64,000 nt of DNA from the NCBI GenBank assembly GCA_049840735.1, contig JASGJN010000014.1:192001-256000 (forward strand). Reading direction: 5' to 3'. Under the pieces are notes generated by a model. It was not told where the DNA came from. It made no database searches and worked only from the letters and a program-made list of their open reading frames with translations. Source of the stretch: Anaeromyxobacter sp. (GTDB lineage: Bacteria > Myxococcota > Myxococcia > Myxococcales > Anaeromyxobacteraceae). The translations under genes were made by a program, and so were the position numbers. Position 1 is the first letter of the stretch; every line of letters begins with the position of its first letter. This document shows positions 48,206 to 58,358 of the stretch, piece by piece.

Positions 48206-49498
48206 CTACTGCGGCTTGATGTTGGCGGCGGAGGAGAGCAGCGACAGCGCCTTCTCCTCCCTGATCCGGTTCTTTAGTGCGTCGCGCGCCTCGGCGCTGC
48301 GCGTCTGCTGCTGGACCTTCGCCAGGGGCAGCCCCAGCTCGTCCGCGATGCGGGCGGCCTCCGCCTGCAGGTCCTCCTCCGTGACCTCCACCTTCTCGGT
48401 GTCGGCGATGGCCTCCAGCAGGAGGGCGCCGCGCACCTGCAGGAGCGCCTGCTCACGCAGGTCGGCCCGCATCCGGGAGAGGTCCAGCTGGAGCCGGCGC
48501 AGGTCGATCCCCTGGCGGGCGAACCGCTCGGCCGCCCCCTCGATCATCTGGTCGATGGCGCGCTCCACCAGGGCCGGCGGGACCTCGAAGTCGTTCTTCT
48601 CGAGCGCCGCCTTCACCAGGCCGTCCTTCAGCTCGGACTCGGCGCGGCGCTGCTCGCGCTTCTCCAGGTCGGTGCGGATCCGGGCGCGCAGGGCGTCCAG
48701 CGTCTCCACGCCCTCGATGCCGACCTCCTTGGCGAAGGCGTCGTCCAGGGCGGGGAGCTGCTGCACCTTGAGCGACTTGAGCGTCACCTTCACGCGGGCG
48801 GTCTTGCCGGCCACGGCGGGGTCGCGGTGGTCGGCCGGGAACGGCTGGTCGAACTCGACGGTCTCGCCCAGCTTCTTGCCCTTGAGCTGCTCGAGGTTGC
48901 CGGCGGCGATCTCGCCCGGCGCGACCTTGACGGTGACGCCCTCGGCCTTGCTGCCCTCGAACGGCTGGCCGTCGATGGTCCCCTCGTGGTCGATCACCGC
49001 CCAGTCGCCCTCCTGCGCCTCGAACCGCCCCTCGGCGTCGACCAGCTGGGAGAAGGACTGCTGCAGGCGGGTCAGCTCGCCGGCGACCATGTCGTCGGTC
49101 ACCTCGGGCGGCTTCCGCGTGACCTCGAGGCCGCGGTAGTCCTTCGGCTCGAGCTTGGGCTTCACCTCGACGCGGGCCGAGTAGGAGAACGCCTTGCCCT
49201 CCGCGATGCCCTCGGCGATGGAGACGCTGGGGGCGGCCACGATGGGCAGCGCCTCGACCCGGACGGCCTCGGCGAAGGTGTCGGTGACGATCCGCTCGGC
49301 GACCTCGCTCTCGACCTCGGCGCGGAACTGGCGCTCCAGCACCTTGCGCGGCGCCTTGCCGGGCCGGAACCCGCGCAGCTTCACCCGCCGCGAGAGGCCC
49401 GAGTACGCTTGCTCGAGCTCCTTCGCGACGCGCTCCGGATCCACCTCGATGGTGACCTTGCGCTCGACCGGGGAGACCGTCTCGACCTGGATCTTCAT
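48206..49498 (-). CDS. tig: Trigger factor
   Basis: GFRPGKAP ribosome-binding motif; tig-clpP-clpX order. Confidence 0.96.
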   Translation of the reverse strand: MKIQVETVSPVERKVTIEVDPERVAKELEQAYSGLSRRVKLRGFRPGKAPRKVLERQFRAEVESEVAERIVTDTFAEAVRVEALPIVAAPSVSIAEGIAEGKAFSYSARVEVKPKLEPKDYRGLEVTRKPPEVTDDMVAGELTRLQQSFSQLVDAEGRFEAQEGDWAVIDHEGTIDGQPFEGSKAEGVTVKVAPGEIAAGNLEQLKGKKLGETVEFDQPFPADHRDPAVAGKTARVKVTLKSLKVQQLPALDDAFAKEVGIEGVETLDALRARIRTDLEKREQRRAESELKDGLVKAALEKNDFEVPPALVERAIDQMIEGAAERFARQGIDLRRLQLDLSRMRADLREQALLQVRGALLLEAIADTEKVEVTEEDLQAEAARIADELGLPLAKVQQQTRSAEARDALKNRIREEKALSLLSSAANIKPQ

Positions 49499-49577
49499 GT
49501 TTCCTTCGACCTTTGCAGGAATAGGGCGTGAAAGGGCGTAGTGCTACGGTGCGCGGGGGGCAGGGTCAAGGGGAGAG

Positions 49578-49659
49578 TGGGCGGGGAGGGGGTCGAACCC
49601 TCACGCCTTGCGGCACTGGATCCTAAGTCCAGCGCGTCTGCCAGTTCCGCCACCCGCCC
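49578..49659 (-). tRNA. tRNA-Leu(TAG)
   Basis: Cloverleaf with long variable arm; CTGGA-CT-TAG-GA-TCCAG. Confidence 0.95.
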
Positions 49660-49810
49660 AGGGTCACCGGGTCTTTACCACGACCCCGGCCTTCGGCTGG
49701 AGCGCCCCTGCGCGCACCCATCCCACACCGTGGGCACAGCCCTCGGGCCGGTGCCCGGTGCGGCGGCGCCCCCCGCGACGCCCGCCCCGCTCCTGTAGTA
49801 AGAGGGGCCC

Positions 49811-50218
49811 GTGGAGAACCCCCACGACCATCCCCCCGAGGGCGCGTGCGCCCCCACCTGCCCCGCCTGGTCGCAGGGCGCGCTGGAGCTGTTTGCGCTG
49901 CAGCGCCGCTACGCCGAGATGCTGGAGGCCTGCCGGGCGGCAGCCTCGATCGAGTGCGTCATCGTGGCGCCGGCCGCGCCCGCAGTGGTGGTCCCGGAGT
50001 ACCTGCAGGACGAGGAGCTGGTCCGGGTGAACCTGGTGGTGGGCCGCGACACGCCCGAGGTGCTGCTGGACGAATGGGGGATCCGCTGCAACCTCACCTT
50101 CCGCGGCCGGCGGCACGACTGCGCCTTCCCCTGGCCCTCGGTGCTGGCCGGCATCCTGCGCGCCCCCGAGCGGAAGCGGCCGCGGTTCGGCGTGATCCAG
50201 GGCGGGAAGAAGGATTAG
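49811..50218 (+). CDS. SspB-like ClpXP adaptor
   Basis: LDEWGIRCNLTFRGRRHDCAFPWPSV resembles the SspB core; tail RPRFGVIQGGK resembles a ClpX-binding motif. Confidence 0.6.
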   Translation: MENPHDHPPEGACAPTCPAWSQGALELFALQRRYAEMLEACRAAASIECVIVAPAAPAVVVPEYLQDEELVRVNLVVGRDTPEVLLDEWGIRCNLTFRGRRHDCAFPWPSVLAGILRAPERKRPRFGVIQGGKKD

Positions 50219-50251
50219 CGGGCGGGCGGTCCGCCCGCGGCCCGGTCTCGT

Positions 50252-50299
50252 CCTTCGACTCCGCCGCGGCACGGCCGCGGCTACGCTCAGGACGAACGG
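50252..50299 (+). repeat. REP-like element, copy 11
   Basis: CCTTCGACTCC-GCCGCGGC-ACG-GCCGCGGC-TACGCTCAGGACGAACGG. Confidence 0.85.
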
Positions 50300-50331
50300 T
50301 GGAGCGGCGCCGCGGCCCTCACCGTCGAAGC

Positions 50332-50362
50332 AAAAAGGCCCTCCGGTTTCCCGGAGGGCCTT
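50332..50362 (-). terminator. Intrinsic terminator after tRNA-Lys
   Basis: GGCCCTCCGG-GAAA-CCGGAGGGCC-TTTTT. Confidence 0.85.
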
Positions 50363-50366
50363 CATG

Positions 50367-50439
50367 TGAGCGCGGAAGGAATCGAACCTTCAACCTATGG
50401 ATTAAGAGTCCATTGCTCTGCCAGTTGAGCTACGCGCCC
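50367..50439 (-). tRNA. tRNA-Lys(CTT)
   Basis: ATGGA-CT-CTT-AA-TCCAT anticodon arm. Confidence 0.95.
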
Positions 50440-50471
50440 AAGGACTCCCCTCGGTACGTCGAGGGGCCGCG

Positions 50472-50500
50472 TATGTAGCAACGTCCGCCGGACCTGTCAA
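50472..50500 (-). promoter_or_regulatory. Sigma70 promoter for tRNA-Lys
   Basis: TTGACA-17-TACATA. Confidence 0.55.
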
Positions 50501-50560
50501 CGACCTCTGGCACCTGCACAGGCGCCCGGCGGTGGGTGGATGGAAGATGCGGCGGAGGAG

Positions 50561-50634
50561 CACGCCCGGAGGGACTCGAACCCCCGACCCGCGGCTTAGA
50601 AGGCCGCTGCTCTGTCCAGCTGAGCTACGGGCGC
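50561..50634 (-). tRNA. tRNA-Arg(TCT)
   Basis: GCGGC-CT-TCT-AA-GCCGC. Confidence 0.95.
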
Positions 50635-50698
50635 AGAGGGTCTCGACCGGGCCTTGCTGGGCCTCAGGCTTCAGGCCTCAGGCCTCGGGAAAAAGGTG

Positions 50699-50772
50699 GG
50701 TGAGTAAAGGGGCTCGAACCCTTAACCCCCGGATCCACAGTCCAGTGCTCTACCGATTGAGCTATACTCACC
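50699..50772 (-). tRNA. tRNA-His(GTG)
   Basis: CTGGA-CT-GTG-GA-TCCGG; encoded G-1 and C discriminator. Confidence 0.95.
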
Positions 50773-50810
50773 GTAAAATCTGTCCAGCGCTCCCCGTCCT
50801 CCTCGTCCAG

Positions 50811-50884
50811 CGCGCCCGGAGGGAATCGAACCCCCGACCTGCGGCTTCGAAGGCCGACGCTCTATCCGACTGAGCTACGGGCGC
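50811..50884 (-). tRNA. tRNA-Arg(TCG)
   Basis: CGGC-CT-TCG-AA-GCCG. Confidence 0.92.
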
Positions 50885-50952
50885 ATCGTGCGACGACGCC
50901 CGCGTCGTGGCCTCCTCGGGCGCCTCACCATCCAACCAGTGCTGTCAAAGAA

Positions 50953-51026
50953 TCGGGGCGGCCGGATTCGGACCGGCGACCTCCTGCGCCCAAGGCAGGC
51001 GCGCTACCAGGCTGCGCTACGCCCCG
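50953..51026 (-). tRNA. tRNA-Pro(TGG)
   Basis: CCTGC-CT-TGG-GC-GCAGG; T-loop reads TCCGAAT. Confidence 0.9.
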
Positions 51027-51103
51027 GAAAAGCGTGAGTGGTACCGAATACCACCGGCGGTCCCCGAGAGCGCGGGGATCTCAGCCGAACCAGCGGCGTC
51101 CCG

Positions 51104-51823
51104 TCAAGGGTTGCGAGCGTTTGCGAGCCTGGCCAGCACCGGGACGAGGCGGCGAAACGCCTCGCCGCGGTGGGAGAGGGCGTCCTTCTCTTCCGCGCCC
51201 AGCTCCGCCATGGTCCGCGGCCGCTCCCCTGCCCCGCCGCCCGGCTGCGCCTCGGGGATGAAGAGCGGGTCGTACCCGAACCCCTCGCTGCCCCGCCGCT
51301 CGTGGCCGATCCGGCCCCGGCAGGTGCCGGTCACGCTGTCCAGGATGGTGCCGTCCGGAGCCGAGATGGAGAGCACGGCCTGGTAGCCGGCGCCGCGCTC
51401 AGGGTCCGGCACGCCGGCCAGCAGGCGCAGCAGCTTGTCGTTGTTCCGCTCGTCGCGCGCGGCCCGCCCGGCCACCGGCCCCAGCTCCGCCTCGGCGGCC
51501 TCGGCCAGCTGGCACACCGGGCTCTGCGGCCCCAGCCCCGCCCCCAGGTCGGACCAGCGCGCGGAGTGCACCCCGGGCGCGCCGCCCAGGGCGTCCACGC
51601 ACAGGCCGGAGTCGTCGGCCAGCGCGTGCAGCCCGGACCAGGCGGCCCACTCGCGCGCCTTCTTGTCGGCGTTCTCGCGGAAGGTGGCGCCGTCCTCCTC
51701 CACCTCCGGGACCGGCCGCCCCAGCTCCTCCGGCGAGACCACCCGCACCTCCAGCCCCGCCACGAGCCGCCGCAGCTCGCGGAGCTTGCCGGGGTTGGTG
51801 GTGCCGAAGAGGAGCGTCAGCAT
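51104..51823 (-). CDS. rdgB: Non-canonical purine NTP pyrophosphatase
   Basis: TTNPGKLRE, ADDSGL, GFGYDPLF, SHRG; downstream of rph. Confidence 0.93.
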   Translation of the reverse strand: MLTLLFGTTNPGKLRELRRLVAGLEVRVVSPEELGRPVPEVEEDGATFRENADKKAREWAAWSGLHALADDSGLCVDALGGAPGVHSARWSDLGAGLGPQSPVCQLAEAAEAELGPVAGRAARDERNNDKLLRLLAGVPDPERGAGYQAVLSISAPDGTILDSVTGTCRGRIGHERRGSEGFGYDPLFIPEAQPGGGAGERPRTMAELGAEEKDALSHRGEAFRRLVPVLARLANARNP

Positions 51824-51827
51824 GCGT

Positions 51828-52547
51828 CTAGCGGCCCCCGAGGGCGGCCTTCTGCAGCTCGCCCAGCGTGGAGATCCCCTCCAGCGCGGCGTCCAGCATC
51901 CGGTCCAGGTCGGCGCGCGGGAAGGCCTTCCCCTCGGCCGTGCCCTGCACCTCCACCAGCGAGCCCTCGCCGGTGGCGACCACGTTCATGTCCACCTCGG
52001 CGGTGGAGTCCTCGCCGTAGTCGAGGTCGAGGCAGACGCGCCCCTCCACCATGCCCACCGAGACCGCGGCCACGCTCCGCTTCACCGGGTCGGAGGCCAG
52101 GGGCTTCCGCTTCTGGATGGAGCGGATGGCGAACACCAGCGCCACGTAGGCGCCGGTGATGGCCGCCGTCCGCGTGCCGCCGTCGGCCTGGATGACGTCG
52201 CAGTCCAGGGTCACGGTCCGCGGCCCCAGCGCGCGCAGGTCCACCGCCGCCCGGAGGGCCCGGCCGATGAGCCGCTGGATCTCCAGCGTGCGGCCGCCCT
52301 GCTTGCCGCGGGCCGCCTCGCGCTGCATGCGCTCGTGGGTGGAGCGGGGCAGCATGCCGTACTCCGCCGTCACCCAGCCGGCGCCGGTGCCGTAGACGTG
52401 GGGCGGCACCTTGTCGTCCACCGAGGCGGTGCAGAGGACGTGGGTGTCGCCGAAGCGGGCCAGGCAGGAGCCCTCGGCGTGCCGGCTGACGCCGGCCTCG
52501 AGGACGATCTTTCGGAGCTCGCGGTCGCCGCGGCCGTTGGTGCGCAT
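51828..52547 (-). CDS. rph: RNase PH
   Basis: [34 protein letters not shown]. Confidence 0.96.
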   Translation of the reverse strand: MRTNGRGDRELRKIVLEAGVSRHAEGSCLARFGDTHVLCTASVDDKVPPHVYGTGAGWVTAEYGMLPRSTHERMQREAARGKQGGRTLEIQRLIGRALRAAVDLRALGPRTVTLDCDVIQADGGTRTAAITGAYVALVFAIRSIQKRKPLASDPVKRSVAAVSVGMVEGRVCLDLDYGEDSTAEVDMNVVATGEGSLVEVQGTAEGKAFPRADLDRMLDAALEGISTLGELQKAALGGR

Positions 52548-52668
52548 GGCCGGCTGAACTAGCACGGCGCAGCGGGCCGCGCCATGGCTTGAAGTGCGGC
52601 CCTGCGCCCCTGCCCGGCCCGGACGATGGAGCCGGCGCTCCGAGCCTGCCCCGAAGGCCCCAGGCCTC

Positions 52669-53436
52669 CTACTTGCTGGCCCGGCGCCCCTCGACCCGGA
52701 AGGCCTTGACGCCGTCGGCGATGGCCCCGGCGATCTGCTCCTGGTACTCCGGCGTCCGCAGCCGCGCCGCGTCGGCCTGGTGGGAGATGAACCCCACCTC
52801 CAGCAGCACCGCCGGCATCCGCGCCCCCGCCAGCACGTAGAAGGGGGCCTGCTTCACGCCCCGGTCCTCGGTCCCCAGCGTCGCCACCAGCCGCTCGTGG
52901 ACGGCGTAGGCCAGGCGCGAGGAGCCGGAGAGGCTCTCGGCGTCCTCCAGGTCGTCGAGGATGGCGCCCACCGGGTCGGCCGGGTCCGGCTCGGGCTCGC
53001 CGGCGATCCGGTCGGCGTTCTCGCGGGCGGCCACGGCGTTGGCGTGGCCGTCGCTGGCGTCGGCGGAGAGGAAGTAGGTCTCCACGCCGCTGGTCCGCTC
53101 GCGCGCCTCCGCGGTGGGCATGGAGTTGAGGTGGATGGAGACGAAGAGGTCGGCGCGGATGGCGTTCGCGATGGCGGCCCGGTTGGCCAGCGGCACCTCG
53201 ATGTCGCCGGTGCGGGTGAGGATCACCCGCCCGCCCTGCTTCTTGAGCGCGGCGGCCACCCGGCGGGCGATCTCCAGCGTGAGGTCCTTCTCGCAGGTGA
53301 CGCCGTCCGGCGCCACGGCGCCGTCCTGGGGTCCGCCGTGGCCGGGGTCGATCACCACCACGAAGGCCGGCGCGGGCGGCGCCTTGCCGGCGGCGCTGGC
53401 GAGCGCGAGGAGCGCGGCGGCGAGGGAGGCGAGCAT
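52669..53436 (-). CDS. N-acetylmuramoyl-L-alanine amidase (Amidase_3)
   Basis: [27 protein letters not shown]. Confidence 0.92.
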   Translation of the reverse strand: MLASLAAALLALASAAGKAPPAPAFVVVIDPGHGGPQDGAVAPDGVTCEKDLTLEIARRVAAALKKQGGRVILTRTGDIEVPLANRAAIANAIRADLFVSIHLNSMPTAEARERTSGVETYFLSADASDGHANAVAARENADRIAGEPEPDPADPVGAILDDLEDAESLSGSSRLAYAVHERLVATLGTEDRGVKQAPFYVLAGARMPAVLLEVGFISHQADAARLRTPEYQEQIAGAIADGVKAFRVEGRRASK

Positions 53437-53500
53437 GCGGGCACCGATAGTAGCAGAGCCGGGCGGCCCACCCCGTGTACGCGGCGGTGGGCGCGCCTGC

Positions 53501-56117
53501 TCAGACCCCCGAGGGCAGCCGACGCGGGGCGTGCGCCGGCGCGGCGCGGTCCAGCCGGAACGCGCCCACCATCCCCGCCAGCTCCTCGGCCTGGCCGTTG
53601 AGCTCGCTGGCCGCGGAGGAGGACTCCTCCGCCGAGGCGGCGTTCTGCTGCGTGACCTTGTCCATCTCGTTCACGGCGCGGTTCACCTGGTCGATGCCGG
53701 CCACCTGCGCCTTCGAGGCCTCGGCCATCTCCGACACGATGTCGCCGACCTTGGTGATGCCGCCCACGATCTCGCCCAGCTTGGCGCCGACGTGCTGCGC
53801 CGTCACCTGCCCCTCCCCGGCCTCCTTCACCGACTGGCGGATCAGCTCCTCGGTCTTGGTGGCCGCCTCCTTGGCCCGCAGGGCCAGGCTGCGCACCTCC
53901 TCGGCCACCACCGCGAAGCCGCGCCCGGCCTCGCCGGCCCGGGCCGCCTCCACCGCCGCGTTGAGCGCGAGCAGGTTGGTCTGGAAGGCGATGTCGTTGA
54001 TGTCCCTGATGATCTGCGAGGTGCCCTCGGCGCTCTGCTTGATCTTCCCCATGGCGCCCTGCATCTGCTCCACCGCGGCGGCGCCCTCGGTGGCCGCGCC
54101 GCGGGCGGTGCGCGCCAGCGCGTTGGCCTGCTGCGCGTTGTCGGTGGCGTGGCGGGTGATGGAGAGCACCGACTCCAGGCTGGAGGAGGTCTCCTGCAGC
54201 GAGCTGGCCTGCTGGCTGGCGCCGCTGGCCACGGCCTGGCTGGAGGAGGCGATCTGCTGCGAGGCGCTGCTCACCTGCTCGGCGGCCGCCGCCACCTGGG
54301 CGATGGCGTCGTGCAGCGCGGCGGCGGTGGCGTTGAGCGCGTCCTTGAGCCGGGCGTGGTCGCCCGGGTAGGCGCCGGTCATGCGCACCCGCAGGTCGCG
54401 GCGCGACAGCTCCTCCAGCACGCGCGTGGCCTCGCCCACCGGCGCCAGCAGCGAGGTGACCGTGGCGTTCACGCGCTCGGCCAGCTGCCGCGCGTCGTGC
54501 TGGTAGGCCGAGGCGTCCACGCGGGCGGAGAGGTGGCCCCCGGCCAGCGCGGCCAGCATGGCCTGGACGTCCGCCACCGGGCGCTGCAGCGCGTCCAGCG
54601 TCTGGTTCACGCCCTGGACGATGCGGCGGTAGTCGCCCTCGTGGCGGCCCGGGTCGGCGCGCTGGCCGGTGTGGCCGGCCAGGGCGGCGCGGGAGAGCTG
54701 GTCCACGTCGGCGATGACGGCCTTGAGCCGCGCCCGCACCCGCTCCACGGTTCTCGTTCACCACCGCGCGCTTGCCGGGGAACCGCTCCAGCGCCGCCTC
54801 GAAGTTGCCCTTCCCGAACTGGTCCACGCACTCGAGCAGCTTGCGGGTCAGCGCCAGCTGGTCGGCGGCCATGCCGTTCACGCCCTGGGCGATGGCGCCG
54901 AACCCGCCGGCGAAGCGGCCGGCGTCGATGGCGGCGTCGGTGTCGCCCGCGGCCTGGGCCTGGGTGACGCGGGTCAGCTCCTCCACCAGGCCGCGCAGGT
55001 TGCCCCGGACCTGGTCGAGGATCCCGTTCACCTGGCGCTTCTTGCCCGGCAGCGGCGGCAGCGTGGCGTCGAAGTTGCCGCGCGCGTACTCGGCCACCGT
55101 CTGCATGGCGCGGCCGATCATGGTCACGTGGCTCTGCACCATGGCGTTCACGCCCAGCCCGATCTCCCGGTACGCCCCGGCGAACCGCCTCGCGTCCACG
55201 GCGGCGTCGAAGTCGCCGGCCTCCTGCTCGCGGCTCATGCGCGCCAGCTCGCCCAGCACGCCCTGCACGTTGGCGGAGAGCGTCTCCACGCACTGGGCCA
55301 CGTAGGCCAGCTCGCTGGTGGAGCCGACCTCGGTGCGCCCGGTGAACTCGCCGCGCGCCACGCCGTCCAGGCTGCTCACCAGCGCCTCGAAGCTGCGCCG
55401 GGAGCCCAGGCCCGACTCGCGCAGCATGAAGGCCATGCCCAGCGAGCTCAGGCCGCCGATCGCCAGCAGGTGCAGGCCCAGGTCGGTGTAGGCCACGCCG
55501 GAGGCGGAGCGGGCGAAGAGGAAGGCCAGGGTGAGCACCGGCATGGTGGCCACGCCCAGCGCCAGCCAGAGGCGTCGCGCGCTCTCCGGGAGCGCCACCG
55601 CCTCCTGGCGCGAGAGCCGCACCGACCCGAGCTCCGGGCCGTCCAGCAGCGGCGCGAAGACGTTCTCGGCCGTCAGGTAGGTCTGGAAGGTCGAGTAGGG
55701 GATGACGATGAGCAGCAGCAGGGCGAAGGCCAGGACCTGGAGCGCGGAGATCCCCGCGGTGAGCCAGATGGCCAGCACCACGCCCGCCACGCCCAGGATC
55801 CAGCGGGTCGCGCTCTGGATCGCCTCCTGGCGCGGCAGCGCGATGGCGCCCAGCCTGGCGCGCTTGAGCGAGGCCGGCGTGCCCTCGGCGATGCCGGCGC
55901 CGATGGCGGCCAGCCGCCCCTTGAGCAGCACGGCGCCCCACACCGAGGTGACCGCGACCGCGACCAGGGCCCCGATCGCCAGCGCCCAGATCTGCGCGCG
56001 CTCGAGGCCGCTGGAGAAGGCGACGAAGTAGACGGCGAAGGGGACGGCGACCGCGGTCACCCGCAGCTCGCGGCGGAGGGTGAGGCGCCGGGCCAGCGCG
56101 TCGGTGGAGAGGGTCAT
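53501..56117 (-). CDS. Methyl-accepting chemotaxis protein (multi-TM, poly-HAMP); apparent +1 frameshift at ~54751
   Basis: [34 protein letters not shown]; repeated HAMP-like units; several N-terminal TM helices. Confidence 0.92.
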
Positions 56118-56361
56118 GGCGGTCGCTCCGTGGGCGTTGGGGGCCCGAGTGCGACCGGCCGGTGCAAGGGACGATCCCCCGGGTTCGGCTGGCTCCGGTG
56201 GACGCCTCGCGTCATCGCCGGAAAACCACCTGGAGCCTCGCCGGCTTGGACATGCCTGCGCCAGGCCGTCGCCCCCCGAGGCCGGCCGCCGTGGCGCGCC
56301 GCGAACCCGGCGGGTCCGGACGACCCGCCGCGCCGACCCGCACGCGCCAGCGCGGGCCCCG

Positions 56362-57421
56362 CTACGCGAGCTCGAGCCGGGGCGGGTCTCCGGGCAGCAC
56401 CTCGCCCACCTCCACCGCGGCGACGCCGGCGGCGCGCAGCCGCTCCAGCAGCGCCGCCGCCAAGGCCGCGTCCACCGCGGCCAGCAGGCCGCCGTTGGTC
56501 TGGGCGTCGGCCAGCACCTGCAGCAGGTCCTCTGCGAAGCCGGGCGGCGCCACGACATGCGCCCGCACCCACGCCAGGTTGGCCTTCGAGCCGCCGGGCA
56601 CCACGTCGCGCACGGCCAGGTCGCGGACGCCGTCCAGCACCGGCACCGCGCTCGTCCGGAGCCGCAGCGTCACGCCGGAGCCCTCGGCCATCTCCCAGCC
56701 GTGGCCCAGCAGGCCGAAGCCGGTCACGTCGGTCAGCGCGTGCACCTGCGCCGGACCGGCCGCGGCCAGCACCTCGCCGGCGGCGCGGTTGAGCGTGGAC
56801 ATCACCTCCACCGCGCGGTCGAGGAGCCCGGCCGGCGCCAGGTCGCGCTTCAGGGCGGTGGTGGCGATGCCGGAGCCGAGCGGCTTGGTGAGCAGCAGCC
56901 GGTCGCCCGGCCGCGCCCCCACGTTGCGCAGCACGCGGGCCGGGTGGACCTCCCCGGTCACGGCCAGCCCGTACTTGGGCTCTGGGTCGTCGATGCTGTG
57001 GCCGCCCAGGATGGGCGCGCCGGCCAGCCGGGCGGTTCTCGGCCCCGCCGCGCAGCACCTCGCCCAGCAGCTCCATGGGGAGAGTCCGCGCCGGCCAGCC
57101 GACCAGGTTGAGCGCGAAGAGCGGGCGCGCCCCCATGGCCCAGATGTCGGAGAAGGCGTTGGCCGCCGCGATGCGCCCGAACCAGTAGGCGTCGTCCACC
57201 ACCGGCGTGAAGAAGTCCACCGTCTCCACCACCGCCCGCTCGGCGTCGAGCGCGTACACGGCGGCGTCGTCGCGCGTGTCGTGGCCGACCAGCGCGTTGG
57301 GGTCCTGCACGGCGGGGAGGCGGCGCAGCACGTGCGCCAGGTCCGCGGGGCGGAGCTTGCAGGCTCAACCCGCGCCGTGGCTGAGCTGCGTCAGCCGGAC
57401 GGTCTTCTCCTGTTCGGACAT
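56362..57421 (-). CDS. selD: Selenophosphate synthetase with selenocysteine (in-frame TGA, codon 19); apparent +1 frameshift at ~57036
   Basis: MSEQEKTVRLTQLSHGAG-U-ACK, DDAAVY, TVDFFTP, TDVTGFGLLGH, DAQTNGGLL. Confidence 0.93.
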
Positions 57422-57461
57422 GCGGAAGGGATAACGCCTTGTCTACGCGGGTGAGATGTCT

Positions 57462-57615
57462 CCGGGGGCGGGGGCCCCAGCGAAGCTGGGGGAGGGGGCG
57501 AAGCCCCCTCGGCGGCGGATAGCGCGCAAGGCCGCAGGCCGCAGCGCGCTCGGCTCCGCCGTGGCGGGGGTGGGGCCCCGACGGCTTGGCCGGCGGGGCG
57601 GGGGTGCAACCCCCG
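57462..57615. repeat. Multi-hairpin intergenic element
   Basis: CCCCA-GCGAAGC-TGGGG, GAGGGG-GCGAAGC-CCCCTC, CGGGGGT-GCA-ACCCCCG. Confidence 0.55.
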
Positions 57616-58317
57616 TCATCCCCCTGCATTCAGCTGCAGGTACATCTCCGCGTTGCGGTTGCCGGGGGAGATCTCGAGCACGGTCTGCCAGTGCTTGATG
57701 GCCTCCTCCTTGCGGCCGGCCGCGAAGAGCACCAGGCCCAGGTTGAGCCGCGCCGGCACGAAGGACGGGCTCTGCTTCACGACCTCCTCGTACTCGGCGA
57801 TGGCGGCGTCGCGCTCGCCGCCGTCGCGCAGCGCGCCGGCCAGCTTGGCGCGGATGTCCACGAACGCGGGGCCGAGCGAGAGGGCGCGGCGGTACTCGGC
57901 CACGGCCTCGGGGTAGAGGCCGGAGGAGAGGTACACGTCGCCGATGTCGGCGTACATGTTGGCCAGCTTGCCCTGCACGTAGCGGTCGAGCTTGCCGTGG
58001 TTGGCGCCGGACTTCGCCATCGCGTGGCGGTAGGTCTCCTGCGCCTCCTTGTACTTGCCGGTGTCGTTGTACGTGACGGCCAGGTTGAGCGCGGCGTCGG
58101 TGTACCCGGGGTTGATCCGCAGCGCGGCCTCGAAGGCCCGGAGCGCCTTCTGGTACTGCCCCTGGTCGTGGTAGATGACGCCCAGCATGTTGTAGACGTC
58201 GGCGAACGACTGGTTACGCTCGACCACCTCCGTCAGGTACTGCTCCGCGAGGCCGTACTCCTTCTTGAGGTAGTAGCCGCGGCCCAGCGCGAAGGCCTGC
58301 TTGAGCGTCTCGTCCAT
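57616..58317 (-). CDS. TPR protein
   Basis: Multiple TPR units (ADVYNMLGVIYHDQGQY...); GGAGG RBS. Confidence 0.88.
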   Translation of the reverse strand: MDETLKQAFALGRGYYLKKEYGLAEQYLTEVVERNQSFADVYNMLGVIYHDQGQYQKALRAFEAALRINPGYTDAALNLAVTYNDTGKYKEAQETYRHAMAKSGANHGKLDRYVQGKLANMYADIGDVYLSSGLYPEAVAEYRRALSLGPAFVDIRAKLAGALRDGGERDAAIAEYEEVVKQSPSFVPARLNLGLVLFAAGRKEEAIKHWQTVLEISPGNRNAEMYLQLNAGG

Positions 58318-58358
58318 GGTGCGATCCTCCGTTCGCCTGCGGGGAGTCTACCGCGTGT

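Noticed and set aside
50660..50688. Short heptamer tandem repeat (TCAGGCY) between tRNAs
   Set aside because: Only about three to four units; too short to interpret.
49578..51026. Integrative element at the tRNA cluster
   Set aside because: No integrase and no duplicated tRNA 3' end seen.
56118..56361. Cyclic-dinucleotide riboswitch or sigma54 promoter upstream of the MCP
   Set aside because: No GEMM core motif seen; the GG-N10-GC match has a poor -24 context.
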